64,000 bases of DNA, from assembly GCA_963664725.1 (NCBI GenBank), contig OY761558.1:1498224-1562223 (forward strand), given 5' to 3'. The notes under the pieces were generated by a model that did no database searches, had not been told where the DNA came from, and saw nothing but the letters and a program-made list of their open reading frames with translations. The position numbers and the translations under genes were made by a program. Positions 1 through 8,455 of this stretch are shown here, piece by piece. Position 1 is the stretch's first letter. Each line of letters starts with the position of its first letter. This DNA comes from Dehalococcoidia bacterium (GTDB lineage: Bacteria; Chloroflexota; Dehalococcoidia; Lucifugimonadales; UBA3495).

Positions 1-3
1 TGT

Positions 4-230
4 GCGCTGGGCAGTTAGCCCCCTTCAGTAGCGGCCCCAAATTGGGCCACCCACGTTTAACGTGTTTCGGTATTCCAGGTTTAACCCCTGGTCTCTTTGT
101 GCCGGTGTGCAGCCACGTCTGCGCGTGATTTTGTCTCACGCCGCAGCGTCGGCTGGACCGTCGGCTGTGCCCCAAATCGGCCAGCAAGGACGGCAGCGTC
201 CCGGAACACCTTAGACCGGGGAAACTGGTC
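4..230 (+). ncRNA. putative structured leader RNA, copy 1 (5' part probably outside the window)
   Basis: 4-114 matches 719-829 at 104/111 nt; serial short hairpins; stem 91-106/176-191 encloses a long hairpin; ends before RBS AAGGAG of ORF 261. Confidence 0.55.
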
Positions 231-260
231 CAACAACATTATTTTAAAGGAGAAAACTTT

Positions 261-548
261 ATGCTAAAGACGAGACCGAAGTATCGTTCACAAGGTCCCG
301 GTCAACCCCCGCAGCGGGTGGTCTGGGCCCGACGAGCGCCAGCCTACTGCATTCTCTGCGGACATGGGGTTACCCGGTATGCCCCGCAGCGCCCCATGTG
401 CATAGACTGCTGGAGCGGTGAGTATGAACACCAACCCATCCGAGACTTCAGGGACATCCCGATGCAGTTCTGCCACCGGTGCGGTGAGAGGGCGCAGGTT
501 TCTTACGGCGCCCCGGTGTGCTTGGCCTGTGATGACCGGTTTGCCTAA
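261..548 (+). CDS. small double zinc-ribbon protein (4x CxxC)
   Basis: AAGGAG RBS; CILC..CIDC and CHRC..CLAC form an internal duplication. Confidence 0.75.
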   Translation: MLKTRPKYRSQGPGQPPQRVVWARRAPAYCILCGHGVTRYAPQRPMCIDCWSGEYEHQPIRDFRDIPMQFCHRCGERAQVSYGAPVCLACDDRFA

Positions 549-662
549 CTCGCCGCATAGGCCTGCCGAGGTCGGGAATTCCCTGATTTTCCTGAGGCAA
601 TATGACAGTTGACTAACCGTTTTTTCTTGACCTGAAGAGTCCACCGTAAAGGTGTGTCATGA

Positions 663-964
663 ATTCAGCGACTCTAGCGAGGACGTGAAGTCGCCTCTTT
701 CGATTTAGCGCCAACAGAGCGCTGGGCATTTAGCCCCCTTCAGTAGCGGCCCCAAAGTGGGCCACCCACGTTTAACGTGTTTCGGTATCCATGGTTTAAC
801 CCCTGGTCCCCTTGTGCCGGTGTGCAGCCGCACTCGCCTGCCCGCGTCCGTGCCACCGCGTGGCGCGACGCGGTAAGTGGCCCCCTGGTTTCGCAGGTCG
901 CCGGTACAAAGGGACCCTTACGGACCCGCCCTGATGACTGTGAACACCCCAGGCGACGCTGAAT
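663..964 (+). ncRNA. putative structured leader RNA, copy 2
   Basis: Shared 111-bp core 719-829; 17-bp stem 806-822/899-915 with two G-U pairs; closing stems 663-670/957-964 and 691-696/951-956 next to RBS 968-973. Confidence 0.6.
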
Positions 965-979
965 CTGAAGGAGCAATAA

Positions 980-2320
980 TTGGAAAATCTGCAATCTCAA
1001 CAGGAGTTCGAGTCCCGCCAGAAGGAGGTGCTCGGGAATGACCTGAAGTTGTTCCTGCTGTACAACACCGCGCGGCAATACCGCATACTCCGCCAACTGG
1101 TCATTGAGGAAAATCCGAGCGGGACCGAAGGTGGCTGGATTACCGCGACAGTGGTCAGGGGCTTGCTGCGAAGAATTGCTGTGAACGAGCCCGTGGTACG
1201 GGAGGTCCAGAATTTCCTGGGCCAGCCCGAAGACCCCACCCTGTCCGAAATCACTGGAGCCTCCCTTTTGTCCAGCTCACTGGCCGGCCCCATAAACCGT
1301 CTGCTGGTCGCCAGGGTTTCCGACGTGCTGGACAAGGAAGAGGACTTTGCTTGCCAGTTGCTGGCCTTCCTCCAGCTGGACCTTGCCATTCTCCCCTCCC
1401 AGCTTGTTGAAGACTTCGGCCACCTCCGCTTGGCGGACCTTCGGGAACAGCTGGACTCAATCCCGATGGACCTGAGGCTGCTGGAGCGGGCGCCGGTTTA
1501 CGAGAAGAACCTGAATAACCTGGAAGAGTTGGAGCGTTCCTGCCGGGATCAATTAATTTCCAACTACGAGCCTCTGGTTGACTCCATTGCCCGCCAGCGC
1601 TGGGCTGGCCTGAATTCCATCCCGGTACCCGAGCGGGAGAGTCCGATCACCCTTGACGACCTGGTACAGCAGGGCCAGATTGCCCTCATAAATTCCATAG
1701 AGGGATTCAAAATCAGGCGCGTTATTCTTGACAGCAGCCGTGCAGTAAAGAACGGCGGGAGTGTCGTCAGTTTTGCATCCTACGCCCGGCCCGCTATCGA
1801 GCACGAAATCTCTGACTTCATCCGGCGCAACCTGCACGCCGTAGCAATCCCTAAGGAAATTGCCAGGGAACGCCGCCGGATGGCGCAGGTCGAAGCCCAA
1901 CTGCGCAGTGAGTTGCGGAAATACGACGTAGAATGGGAGCTTTACGATGCCCTTGGACTTCCCCGGGAGAAATACGACAGCCTCAGGAATCCCTTCTTGC
2001 CGGCCAAAGGCCTGCGCGACCCTGTCGGCAGCCCCGACAGCGATCTCACCCTGGCCGACACCATTTCCGACCCGTCCGTCGGCCCTGAAGAGTTAGTTTG
2101 CTCCAAACTAATGGTCGAAAAGATGCTCCAGGCCCTGCAAACCCTCCCCGAACGGGATCGCCGCGTTCTGGAACTCCGCTTCGGCCTGGGCCGCGACCGC
2201 GAACTGACCTTTGATGAACTGGGCCGTGAACTCGGCATCTCCCGCCAGGCCGTCCACAAGACCGTGGGCCGGGCCCTGAAAAAGCTGCGCGACCCCGCCC
2301 TGGGCCTGGTCGAAGGCTGA
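980..2320 (+). CDS. divergent sigma-70 family RNA polymerase sigma factor with long N-terminal extension
   Basis: Region 2 (DDLVQQGQIALINSIEGF..SFASYA), region 3.2 (TLADTISD), region 4 HTH (LPERDRRVLELRFGL..LTFDELGRELGISR..ALKKLR); TTG start after AAGGAG. Confidence 0.85.
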   Translation: MENLQSQQEFESRQKEVLGNDLKLFLLYNTARQYRILRQLVIEENPSGTEGGWITATVVRGLLRRIAVNEPVVREVQNFLGQPEDPTLSEITGASLLSSSLAGPINRLLVARVSDVLDKEEDFACQLLAFLQLDLAILPSQLVEDFGHLRLADLREQLDSIPMDLRLLERAPVYEKNLNNLEELERSCRDQLISNYEPLVDSIARQRWAGLNSIPVPERESPITLDDLVQQGQIALINSIEGFKIRRVILDSSRAVKNGGSVVSFASYARPAIEHEISDFIRRNLHAVAIPKEIARERRRMAQVEAQLRSELRKYDVEWELYDALGLPREKYDSLRNPFLPAKGLRDPVGSPDSDLTLADTISDPSVGPEELVCSKLMVEKMLQALQTLPERDRRVLELRFGLGRDRELTFDELGRELGISRQAVHKTVGRALKKLRDPALGLVEG

Positions 2321-2817
2321 TCACGCGCCCCGGCCCGATTCACGAAGCCCCCACCCTGCTGCAAGCGTAATACGCCACAGGGTAGGGGTGCGGGGCCGTG
2401 CGGAGTCAGGTGGCGCGTCGGACCGGCCTGCCGCGGCCACCCTCTGAAATTCCACTGCCCTGTGACGCCTTCCCCTTGCCACGATGCATAACCCCTGCCC
2501 ATCATGACAATACCGGTTGCCAAGAAACGGATCGACTGTTCCAGGCCCCTTGCCCCCTTGACTGCTGAATGTCACAGCCTGTCCTTGGCTGGCCGAAGCA
2601 ACTGGCGAGCGATGCAGTGCAGAGCTACCGTCGCCCTCAGCATGGAAACCGATTGGAACTTTTGAAACAGCTTCAGATTGACGGCCCAAAACGGGCTATT
2701 TGGGGACATTTGGTGGGACATTTTGGGCCACTCCATCCCACTCCCGTATCTGGCGAACGGGCCCTTCCTGGCCCACTTAGGCTCAACTACTCCCATTCTC
2801 CAGATACAAAAACCGGG

Positions 2818-2865
2818 AAAATGGCACAAAATGGCACAAAATGGGACAGAAAAGAAAAAAATCCC
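2818..2865 (+). repeat. AAAATGGCAC 10-bp tandem repeat x3 plus A-tract
   Basis: aaaatggcac aaaatggcac aaaatgggac..aaaaaaatccc; related copies on the minus strand near 16010-16045 and 16788-16837. Confidence 0.8.
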
Positions 2866-2906
2866 TGCCAGGCTTGTGGGTCAGGGCAATCGCATTATGA
2901 TTAGAT

Positions 2907-3018
2907 TGTCATTCTGAACGGAGTGAAGAATCTAGAATCCATCCCACAGGCCGACTTGGGGACCCGTAACCGCGCAGACGTGCAGGATATTAGGCCCTTC
3001 GGCAAGCTCAGGGCGACA
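2907..3018. repeat. TGTCA-type paired palindromic repeat
   Basis: tgtcattctgaacggagtgaagaatcta..cttcggcaagctcagggcgaca; a related pair lies at 32917-33012. Confidence 0.6.
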
Positions 3019-3210
3019 TGATTTATGCTTGGCGGATGTCTGCCACCTGTAGTCTGAATCTAGAACGCGATTGCCCTGGCTTGTGGGTGGGAAGGGGCAA
3101 TCCTGGGCTCCGGCAGTTGACAGATGTGCTCCTTACCCGCCACGTTGTAATATGTCGGTGCCCTGTTACTGGCAGAACATCCTGAATGCAAGCCTGGAGG
3201 ACTCTGAAAT

Positions 3211-4326
3211 ATGGGCGCCTGCCGCTACTGTGGACAGAACGCCGGATTCCTGCGCAAGCAGCACGGAGAGTGCCGCGACCGGCATCGGGCCGGCATCGAG
3301 GAGATGGTGGACCTGGTGGCCCAGTCCGCCGGTGCCGCCACCTTCAACGAAGCGGCCCTCCGCCAGACCCTTAACGCCATCGCCGCCCGGGCCCATGCCG
3401 GCGGCGACGACGTCAACGCCGCCTTGGCCACCGGCTGGACTCGGGGCATCAGCCACGCCATGGCCGACGGCATTATGACCCGCGACGAGGAGACCCGCCT
3501 GCGCGAATTTCGCGACCGTATGGCTCTGGAGGGCAACTCTGAAACCGCCCAGGGCGAGGCCACCCTGGACCGGGCCGCCACCGACCGGCTCACCCTGGAC
3601 GCCCGCCTGGCTGCCCTGGCCACCGACCAGGGAGACGCTCACCTGCAGGACCTTTCCCACAGCCTCCAGGATGCCGGCATTTCCGGGGCAGCGAGTCGCC
3701 AGCTTCTCATCCGCGCCTGGGAGGCGGCCGTGGAAGGCTCCCTGGAGGACGGTGTCTTTACCCTGGACGAGGAGAATGCCCTGGCCCGGTATCTCAACCA
3801 CTTCAACCTGACCAGCGGGGACGTCAACGACAACGGCGCCCACACCAGCCTGGTCCAGGCCGCCGTCATCCGCGACGTGGCCAACGGCATCATCCCCCAG
3901 CGCCAGAACGTCCAGGGCAACCTGCCCTTCAACCTGATGAAGTCCGAGCAGCTTGTCTGGGTGATCGATGGCGTGGACTACCTCGAAACCGTAACCCGTC
4001 GGGAACGGCGGGGCAGTTCCCAAGGCGTCAGCATTCGTGTGGCCCGGGGGCTCTACTACCGGCCCAGCACCTTCCGCAGCCGCGCCGTGGAATGGGAGGA
4101 AACCCAACGGCTGGACAACGGTCTGCTGGGTCTGACTACCAAGCACATCTACTTTGCCGGTTCCAGCAAGCGGTTCCGCGTCCGCTACGACCGCATCGTT
4201 ACCTTCGAGCCCTACAGCGATGGCCTGGGCATAATGCGCGACGCCCAGACCGCCAAGCCCCAGAGCTTTATCACCGGCGACGGTTGGTTCGTCTACAACC
4301 TCGCCACCAATCTGGCCCAGACGTAA
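3211..4326 (+). CDS. hypothetical protein: N-terminal Cys/His zinc motif, two TerB-like repeats, C-terminal beta-rich domain
   Basis: CRYC..H..C..H; ADGIMTRDEE and EDGVFTLDEE repeats; genome-typical codon usage. Confidence 0.75.
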   Translation: MGACRYCGQNAGFLRKQHGECRDRHRAGIEEMVDLVAQSAGAATFNEAALRQTLNAIAARAHAGGDDVNAALATGWTRGISHAMADGIMTRDEETRLREFRDRMALEGNSETAQGEATLDRAATDRLTLDARLAALATDQGDAHLQDLSHSLQDAGISGAASRQLLIRAWEAAVEGSLEDGVFTLDEENALARYLNHFNLTSGDVNDNGAHTSLVQAAVIRDVANGIIPQRQNVQGNLPFNLMKSEQLVWVIDGVDYLETVTRRERRGSSQGVSIRVARGLYYRPSTFRSRAVEWEETQRLDNGLLGLTTKHIYFAGSSKRFRVRYDRIVTFEPYSDGLGIMRDAQTAKPQSFITGDGWFVYNLATNLAQT

Positions 4327-4543
4327 GTGCAAGGAGCCTGTTCGTTGAACCGGCTCCCCAGGCGTCCTATAATCCCCCGCACTGTTGGCGGGGCAAAGTA
4401 ACCAACCAGGTGGCCCGCCCAACCGTCATACCGGCTCTTGCCGGTATCCAGAAGTTGTCAAAACCGGGGCGACCTCTTTCAGAACACTGTCTGAGTCGGT
4501 TCATCACCGGTCCGTGATCATCGCTATCAATCAAGGAGACATC

Positions 4544-5545
4544 ATGCAATTCGGCGTATCTCTTTCCGGCATGGGCCAGCAGCCCATCGAAGCCGACATG
4601 CGGCAGAGCTTCCAGGAAATCGTGGAGTACATCCGCACCGCCCGCCAGTTGGGTTTCGACTTCCTGTACCAGGGGCAGCACTACCTGACTTCCCCCTACC
4701 AGCAGCTACAGACGGTGCCCCTGCTGGCCCGCCTGGCCGCCGAGGCTGAGGGCATGGGCATGGTGGCCACCCTGCTGGTGCCCCTGCACCATCCCGTCGA
4801 CCTGGCGGAGCGGGTAACGACCATGGACATCATCACCAATGGCCGCTTCCACCTGAGCGCCGCCCTGGGTTACCGCGACGAGGAGTACGACGCCTTCGGG
4901 GTCGCCCGCAGCCGCCGCGTGTCCCGCTACCTGGAATGCCTGGACGTGATGCGCCAGTTATGGACCCAGGACGAGGTGACCCACCACGGTGAGCATTTCC
5001 ACCTGGAGGGAGCGCGGATGACCATCCGTCCCATCCAGCAGCCCCATCCGCCCATCTGGGTGGCGGCCAACGGCGACGCCGCCATCAAGCGGGCCGCCCG
5101 CCGTGGCTACACCTGGTACGTCAACCCCCACGCCACCCACACCGCCATCAAGCGGCAGATCGAGCTTTACCACGAAACCGCCGAGGCGGCCGGCTCAAAT
5201 GCACCCAGCGACCTGCCCATCGCCCGTGAGCTATACGTGGGAGAGACCCGGGAACAGGCCTGGGCCGATGCGGCGCCCTTCCTGGGCGGCAAGTACGCCG
5301 CCTACGCCCAGTGGGGCCAGGACAAGGCCATGGACGAGGAGTTCAGCACCGCCTTCACCGAACTGGCCGAAGACCGCTTCATCATCGGCGACCCGGAGGA
5401 CTGCATCGGGGAAATAGAAAAACTGCGCGAACTGGGCATGTCCCACGGCAGCTTCCGCATGATGTGGCCCGGCATGGACCTGCGCCGCGGCCTCCGCAAC
5501 CTGGAACTGTCTGCGGACCGGGTAATGCCCCATTTCCGGGAGTAG
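4544..5545 (+). CDS. LLM class flavin-dependent oxidoreductase
   Basis: HPVDLAERVTTMDIITNGRF..LGYRDEEY; PIQQPHPPIWVA; AAGGAG RBS before ATG 4544. Confidence 0.92.
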   Translation: MQFGVSLSGMGQQPIEADMRQSFQEIVEYIRTARQLGFDFLYQGQHYLTSPYQQLQTVPLLARLAAEAEGMGMVATLLVPLHHPVDLAERVTTMDIITNGRFHLSAALGYRDEEYDAFGVARSRRVSRYLECLDVMRQLWTQDEVTHHGEHFHLEGARMTIRPIQQPHPPIWVAANGDAAIKRAARRGYTWYVNPHATHTAIKRQIELYHETAEAAGSNAPSDLPIARELYVGETREQAWADAAPFLGGKYAAYAQWGQDKAMDEEFSTAFTELAEDRFIIGDPEDCIGEIEKLRELGMSHGSFRMMWPGMDLRRGLRNLELSADRVMPHFRE

Positions 5546-5713
5546 GGAGATGAGGACGGGGTAAGTTCCGTAGTGTAGCTTACTGTCCACAGATCAGAAC
5601 ATGTCCTTACTCAGCGCCAGACCTTATCATCAGGCAGGAAAAGTTTGTCCTGAATCGCAGACGTTCTTGGAGATAAGACCGTATCTGGTCGATGACAGGG
5701 CAGAGGTGTGGGG

Positions 5714-6091
5714 CTAACCTCCGCCCGCTACAATATTCCCCAGGGTTGATGCGAAACGTCCCTTGTTCAGGGTTTGCTGCGCGCCCAGGGCTGCCGCCCG
5801 TTCCATGGACGCCGTGTCCTCGTGGGGACCGAAGGCAACAATGCGTGGGCCACTGCCGGGGCCGGCGGCAACCCGTTCTCCCAGCGAAGTCAGGACGACG
5901 CTCCACGTTTCGGCGTCGCCTTCCAGGTCCACCAGCACCAGTTCCGTTTGATCATCGGCGTAGCAGTCCCAGAAGTCGGCCTCGGTGTGGGCCTGGCGCA
6001 CCGAGTAGCCCAGGGGTTCGGCGACAGTCTCAACCCGGCCCTGGAAGAACAGGTTCTGGCCCAGCAGTATTATCCGGCTTGCGTTGGCCAT
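5714..6091 (-). CDS. receiver-domain-like protein
   Basis: LVLVDL..IVAFGPH..AAALGA pattern; directly downstream of the CinA-like gene. Confidence 0.65.
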   Translation of the reverse strand: MANASRIILLGQNLFFQGRVETVAEPLGYSVRQAHTEADFWDCYADDQTELVLVDLEGDAETWSVVLTSLGERVAAGPGSGPRIVAFGPHEDTASMERAAALGAQQTLNKGRFASTLGNIVAGGG

Positions 6092-6092
6092 A

Positions 6093-6593
6093 TCAACTGC
6101 CCTGGGCTTCTTTAAGCCGTTCGCCCAGCAGGTCGATGGCCGCCTGGGCCGCGGCCCGCTTGTTGCCGTCCCTATCGCTGTCGAACTGGGCATGGATTGC
6201 GACGTCGTTGCCGTTTGCGTCGGCCAGGCCGATGTAGAAGGTGCCGATGGGGAAGGACGAACGCCCCTGGCCCGGGCCGGTAACGCCGGTGGTGGACACG
6301 GCATAGTCGGTGCCGGTCAGTTCCAGGACGCCCCGCGCCATGGCAATGGCCATTTCCTCGCAGACGCTGCCCTTGGTGTCGTAAAGCTCGTCGGACACAC
6401 CCAGAATGCTCTGCTTCAGCCCGCCGGTGTAGGCGATGACGCCCCCGGGGAAGAATTGGGAACTGCCTGGAATGGTTCCCAGCAGGTATCCAATCAGGCC
6501 GGCGGTATCGGCCTCGGCCACTGACACCCGTTTGCCCTGGGCCATCAACATCTCCGCAACTTCGCTAACATCCATAAGGTTCCTCCCGTTCAT
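6093..6593 (-). CDS. CinA/PncC C-terminal domain protein (catalytic Ser replaced)
   Basis: AEADTAG, PGSSQFF, STTGVTGP motifs. Confidence 0.85.
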   Translation of the reverse strand: MNGRNLMDVSEVAEMLMAQGKRVSVAEADTAGLIGYLLGTIPGSSQFFPGGVIAYTGGLKQSILGVSDELYDTKGSVCEEMAIAMARGVLELTGTDYAVSTTGVTGPGQGRSSFPIGTFYIGLADANGNDVAIHAQFDSDRDGNKRAAAQAAIDLLGERLKEAQGS

Positions 6594-6729
6594 GGTACTG
6601 CTGGTCAGCAGTGAGGTCTTGCACCACTGAACATTGGGTCAAGTTAAGGTCTATAGCTGGTATCTTACCACCCTCTCCAACCCCCGGGGAGTGCTCCTCT
6701 CCGCTAGAAGAGGGACACAGACCAAAGCC

Positions 6730-7812
6730 TTAGCGGTCGGCCAGGGCTTTCAGAGCGCTCTCGTCCAGTTCAATGCCCAGCCCTGGTCCCGTGGGCACGG
6801 CCAGGAAGCCGTCCCTGACCTCCAACGGTTCCTTCAGCACCGGAATCTCGTCGCGGATGGTTACGGGTTCGATGTTGTATTCCTGGGCGTAGGGCACGAT
6901 GGGGTAGGCGGCGCAGAAGTGCAGGTGCGCTACGGTGCTTATAGTGGGCTGGGTATTATGTACCGTGATGGGCTTGCCGAAGGTCTCACACAGGGCGGCA
7001 ATTTTCTGGAACTCCGTGAAGCCGGGAGCCTTCACAATATCGGGCTGAATAATGTCCACCCTGCCCTTTAGGATCAGGTCCCGGTACTCGTAACGGGTAT
7101 AGATCATCTCGCCGGAGGCTATGGGGATATCCAGGGCGTCTGCGACGGCGGCCAGGCCCTCCAGGTCATAGTGGGGACGGGGTTCCTCGAAGTGGAACGC
7201 CCCCAGCGACTCCAGGGCCTTCCCAACTTCAATGGCGCGGTGCACCGAGTAGGCCCCGTTCACGTCAATCAGGATGTCTATGTCATCCCCTACCGCCTTA
7301 CGCACCTCGGTGACGGTGGCGATGGTGTGGTCGGCGCTATCGTCCATCGCCCCGGGCACGGCGCTGTGCAGCTTGTAGGCGGTGTAACCCTGCTCGACGA
7401 AAGAAGCCGCGCGTCGAGCCTCCTCCAGCGGCGTCATATCCCGGCGCATAGAACTGGCATACATCCGTATCCTGTTCCGGGCCGCGCCGCCGAGCAGTTG
7501 GGATATGGGCTGCCCAACCGCCTTTCCCTTGATGTCCCAAAGGGCAATGTCAATCCCGGCGATGGCGCACCAGATGGCTCCTCCCATTTCCAGGGCCGAG
7601 CCGGCACGCCGCATGTCGTTGAAGCGCAGGGTGGTTTCGGTGGGGTCCTTGCCCAGCAGGGCCGGCCTCAGCAGTTCATCTATAGTCGCCTTGACGATGC
7701 CGGGCTGCCGCCGGAAGCACTCCCCAATACCAACAATCCCTTCATCGGTATAAACCCGCACGAAGGGGAAGCTGCGATCCAGGATAAGGCATTCTACGTC
7801 GGTGATTTTCAT
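6730..7812 (-). CDS. mandelate racemase/muconate lactonizing enzyme family protein
   Basis: GIDIALWDIKGK, IDVNG, FEEP, ASGE, IIQPD; start placed at MKITDVE. Confidence 0.92.
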   Translation of the reverse strand: MKITDVECLILDRSFPFVRVYTDEGIVGIGECFRRQPGIVKATIDELLRPALLGKDPTETTLRFNDMRRAGSALEMGGAIWCAIAGIDIALWDIKGKAVGQPISQLLGGAARNRIRMYASSMRRDMTPLEEARRAASFVEQGYTAYKLHSAVPGAMDDSADHTIATVTEVRKAVGDDIDILIDVNGAYSVHRAIEVGKALESLGAFHFEEPRPHYDLEGLAAVADALDIPIASGEMIYTRYEYRDLILKGRVDIIQPDIVKAPGFTEFQKIAALCETFGKPITVHNTQPTISTVAHLHFCAAYPIVPYAQEYNIEPVTIRDEIPVLKEPLEVRDGFLAVPTGPGLGIELDESALKALADR

Positions 7813-7847
7813 TTTGCTGGCCCCCTTTTGCCCCGTGGTTTCCTCGT

Positions 7848-8453
7848 TTATCGGGTGGTCTGCCCCGTACTCTGTCTGCGGAACCGGGAGCGGGTGAACC
7901 GGGCAATCAGCACCCCGGCGATCAGGCCGCACAGGTGACCTTCCCATGAAATGTAGGGCGCGGTGGGCACCAGGCCCAGGAAGATACCGGAGCCGAACAC
8001 CAGGATCACCAGCACCGCCACGATGATGGAAAGGAAACTGTGTTCGAACAAACCCCGGGCCACCAGGTAGCCGAAGTAACCGAAGACAAGCCCGCTGGCG
8101 CCGACATGTACCACGTGCTGTACATCGTCCCAGGGCCAGGGGCGCCCCACGCACCAAACGGCCAGCCCGCCGATGAAAATGATAAACAGGGTAACTCCCA
8201 CGAAGTTGGCCTGGCCCCGGGCCGCCACCAGGCCACCCAGGATAAGCAGGGGCAGGGAGTTGGACATCAGGTGGCCGAAACCGCCGTGCAGGAAGGGACT
8301 CAGCGGTATGCCGCGCAGCCCTTCGATAGTGCGGGGTACAAGGCCATACTGATTCAGGCTGTAGCCCATCAAGATGTTGACTACCTGCACCACCCACAGT
8401 ACGGCAATGAAGGCGACCAACAGGGAAAGGCTGGCAAAGCGGTCTCGGGCCAT
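7848..8453 (-). CDS. rhomboid family intramembrane serine protease
   Basis: HGGFGHLMSN, GASG and SWEGHL motifs; multiple TM segments. Confidence 0.93.
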   Translation of the reverse strand: MARDRFASLSLLVAFIAVLWVVQVVNILMGYSLNQYGLVPRTIEGLRGIPLSPFLHGGFGHLMSNSLPLLILGGLVAARGQANFVGVTLFIIFIGGLAVWCVGRPWPWDDVQHVVHVGASGLVFGYFGYLVARGLFEHSFLSIIVAVLVILVFGSGIFLGLVPTAPYISWEGHLCGLIAGVLIARFTRSRFRRQSTGQTTR

Positions 8454-8455
8454 TC

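Noticed and set aside
543-615. Integron attC site after the zinc-ribbon ORF (GCCTAAC overlapping the stop)
   Set aside because: No matching GTTRRRY/GTTAGGC end or L boxes (GTTGACT does not fit), and no integrase in the window.
931-950. Hammerhead ribozyme core CTGATGA
   Set aside because: No stem II followed by GAAA, and the motif is absent from copy 1.
5618-5690. SAM-I riboswitch (CTTATC..GATAAG pairing)
   Set aside because: Lacks the conserved P2/P3 core and lies between convergent 3' ends.
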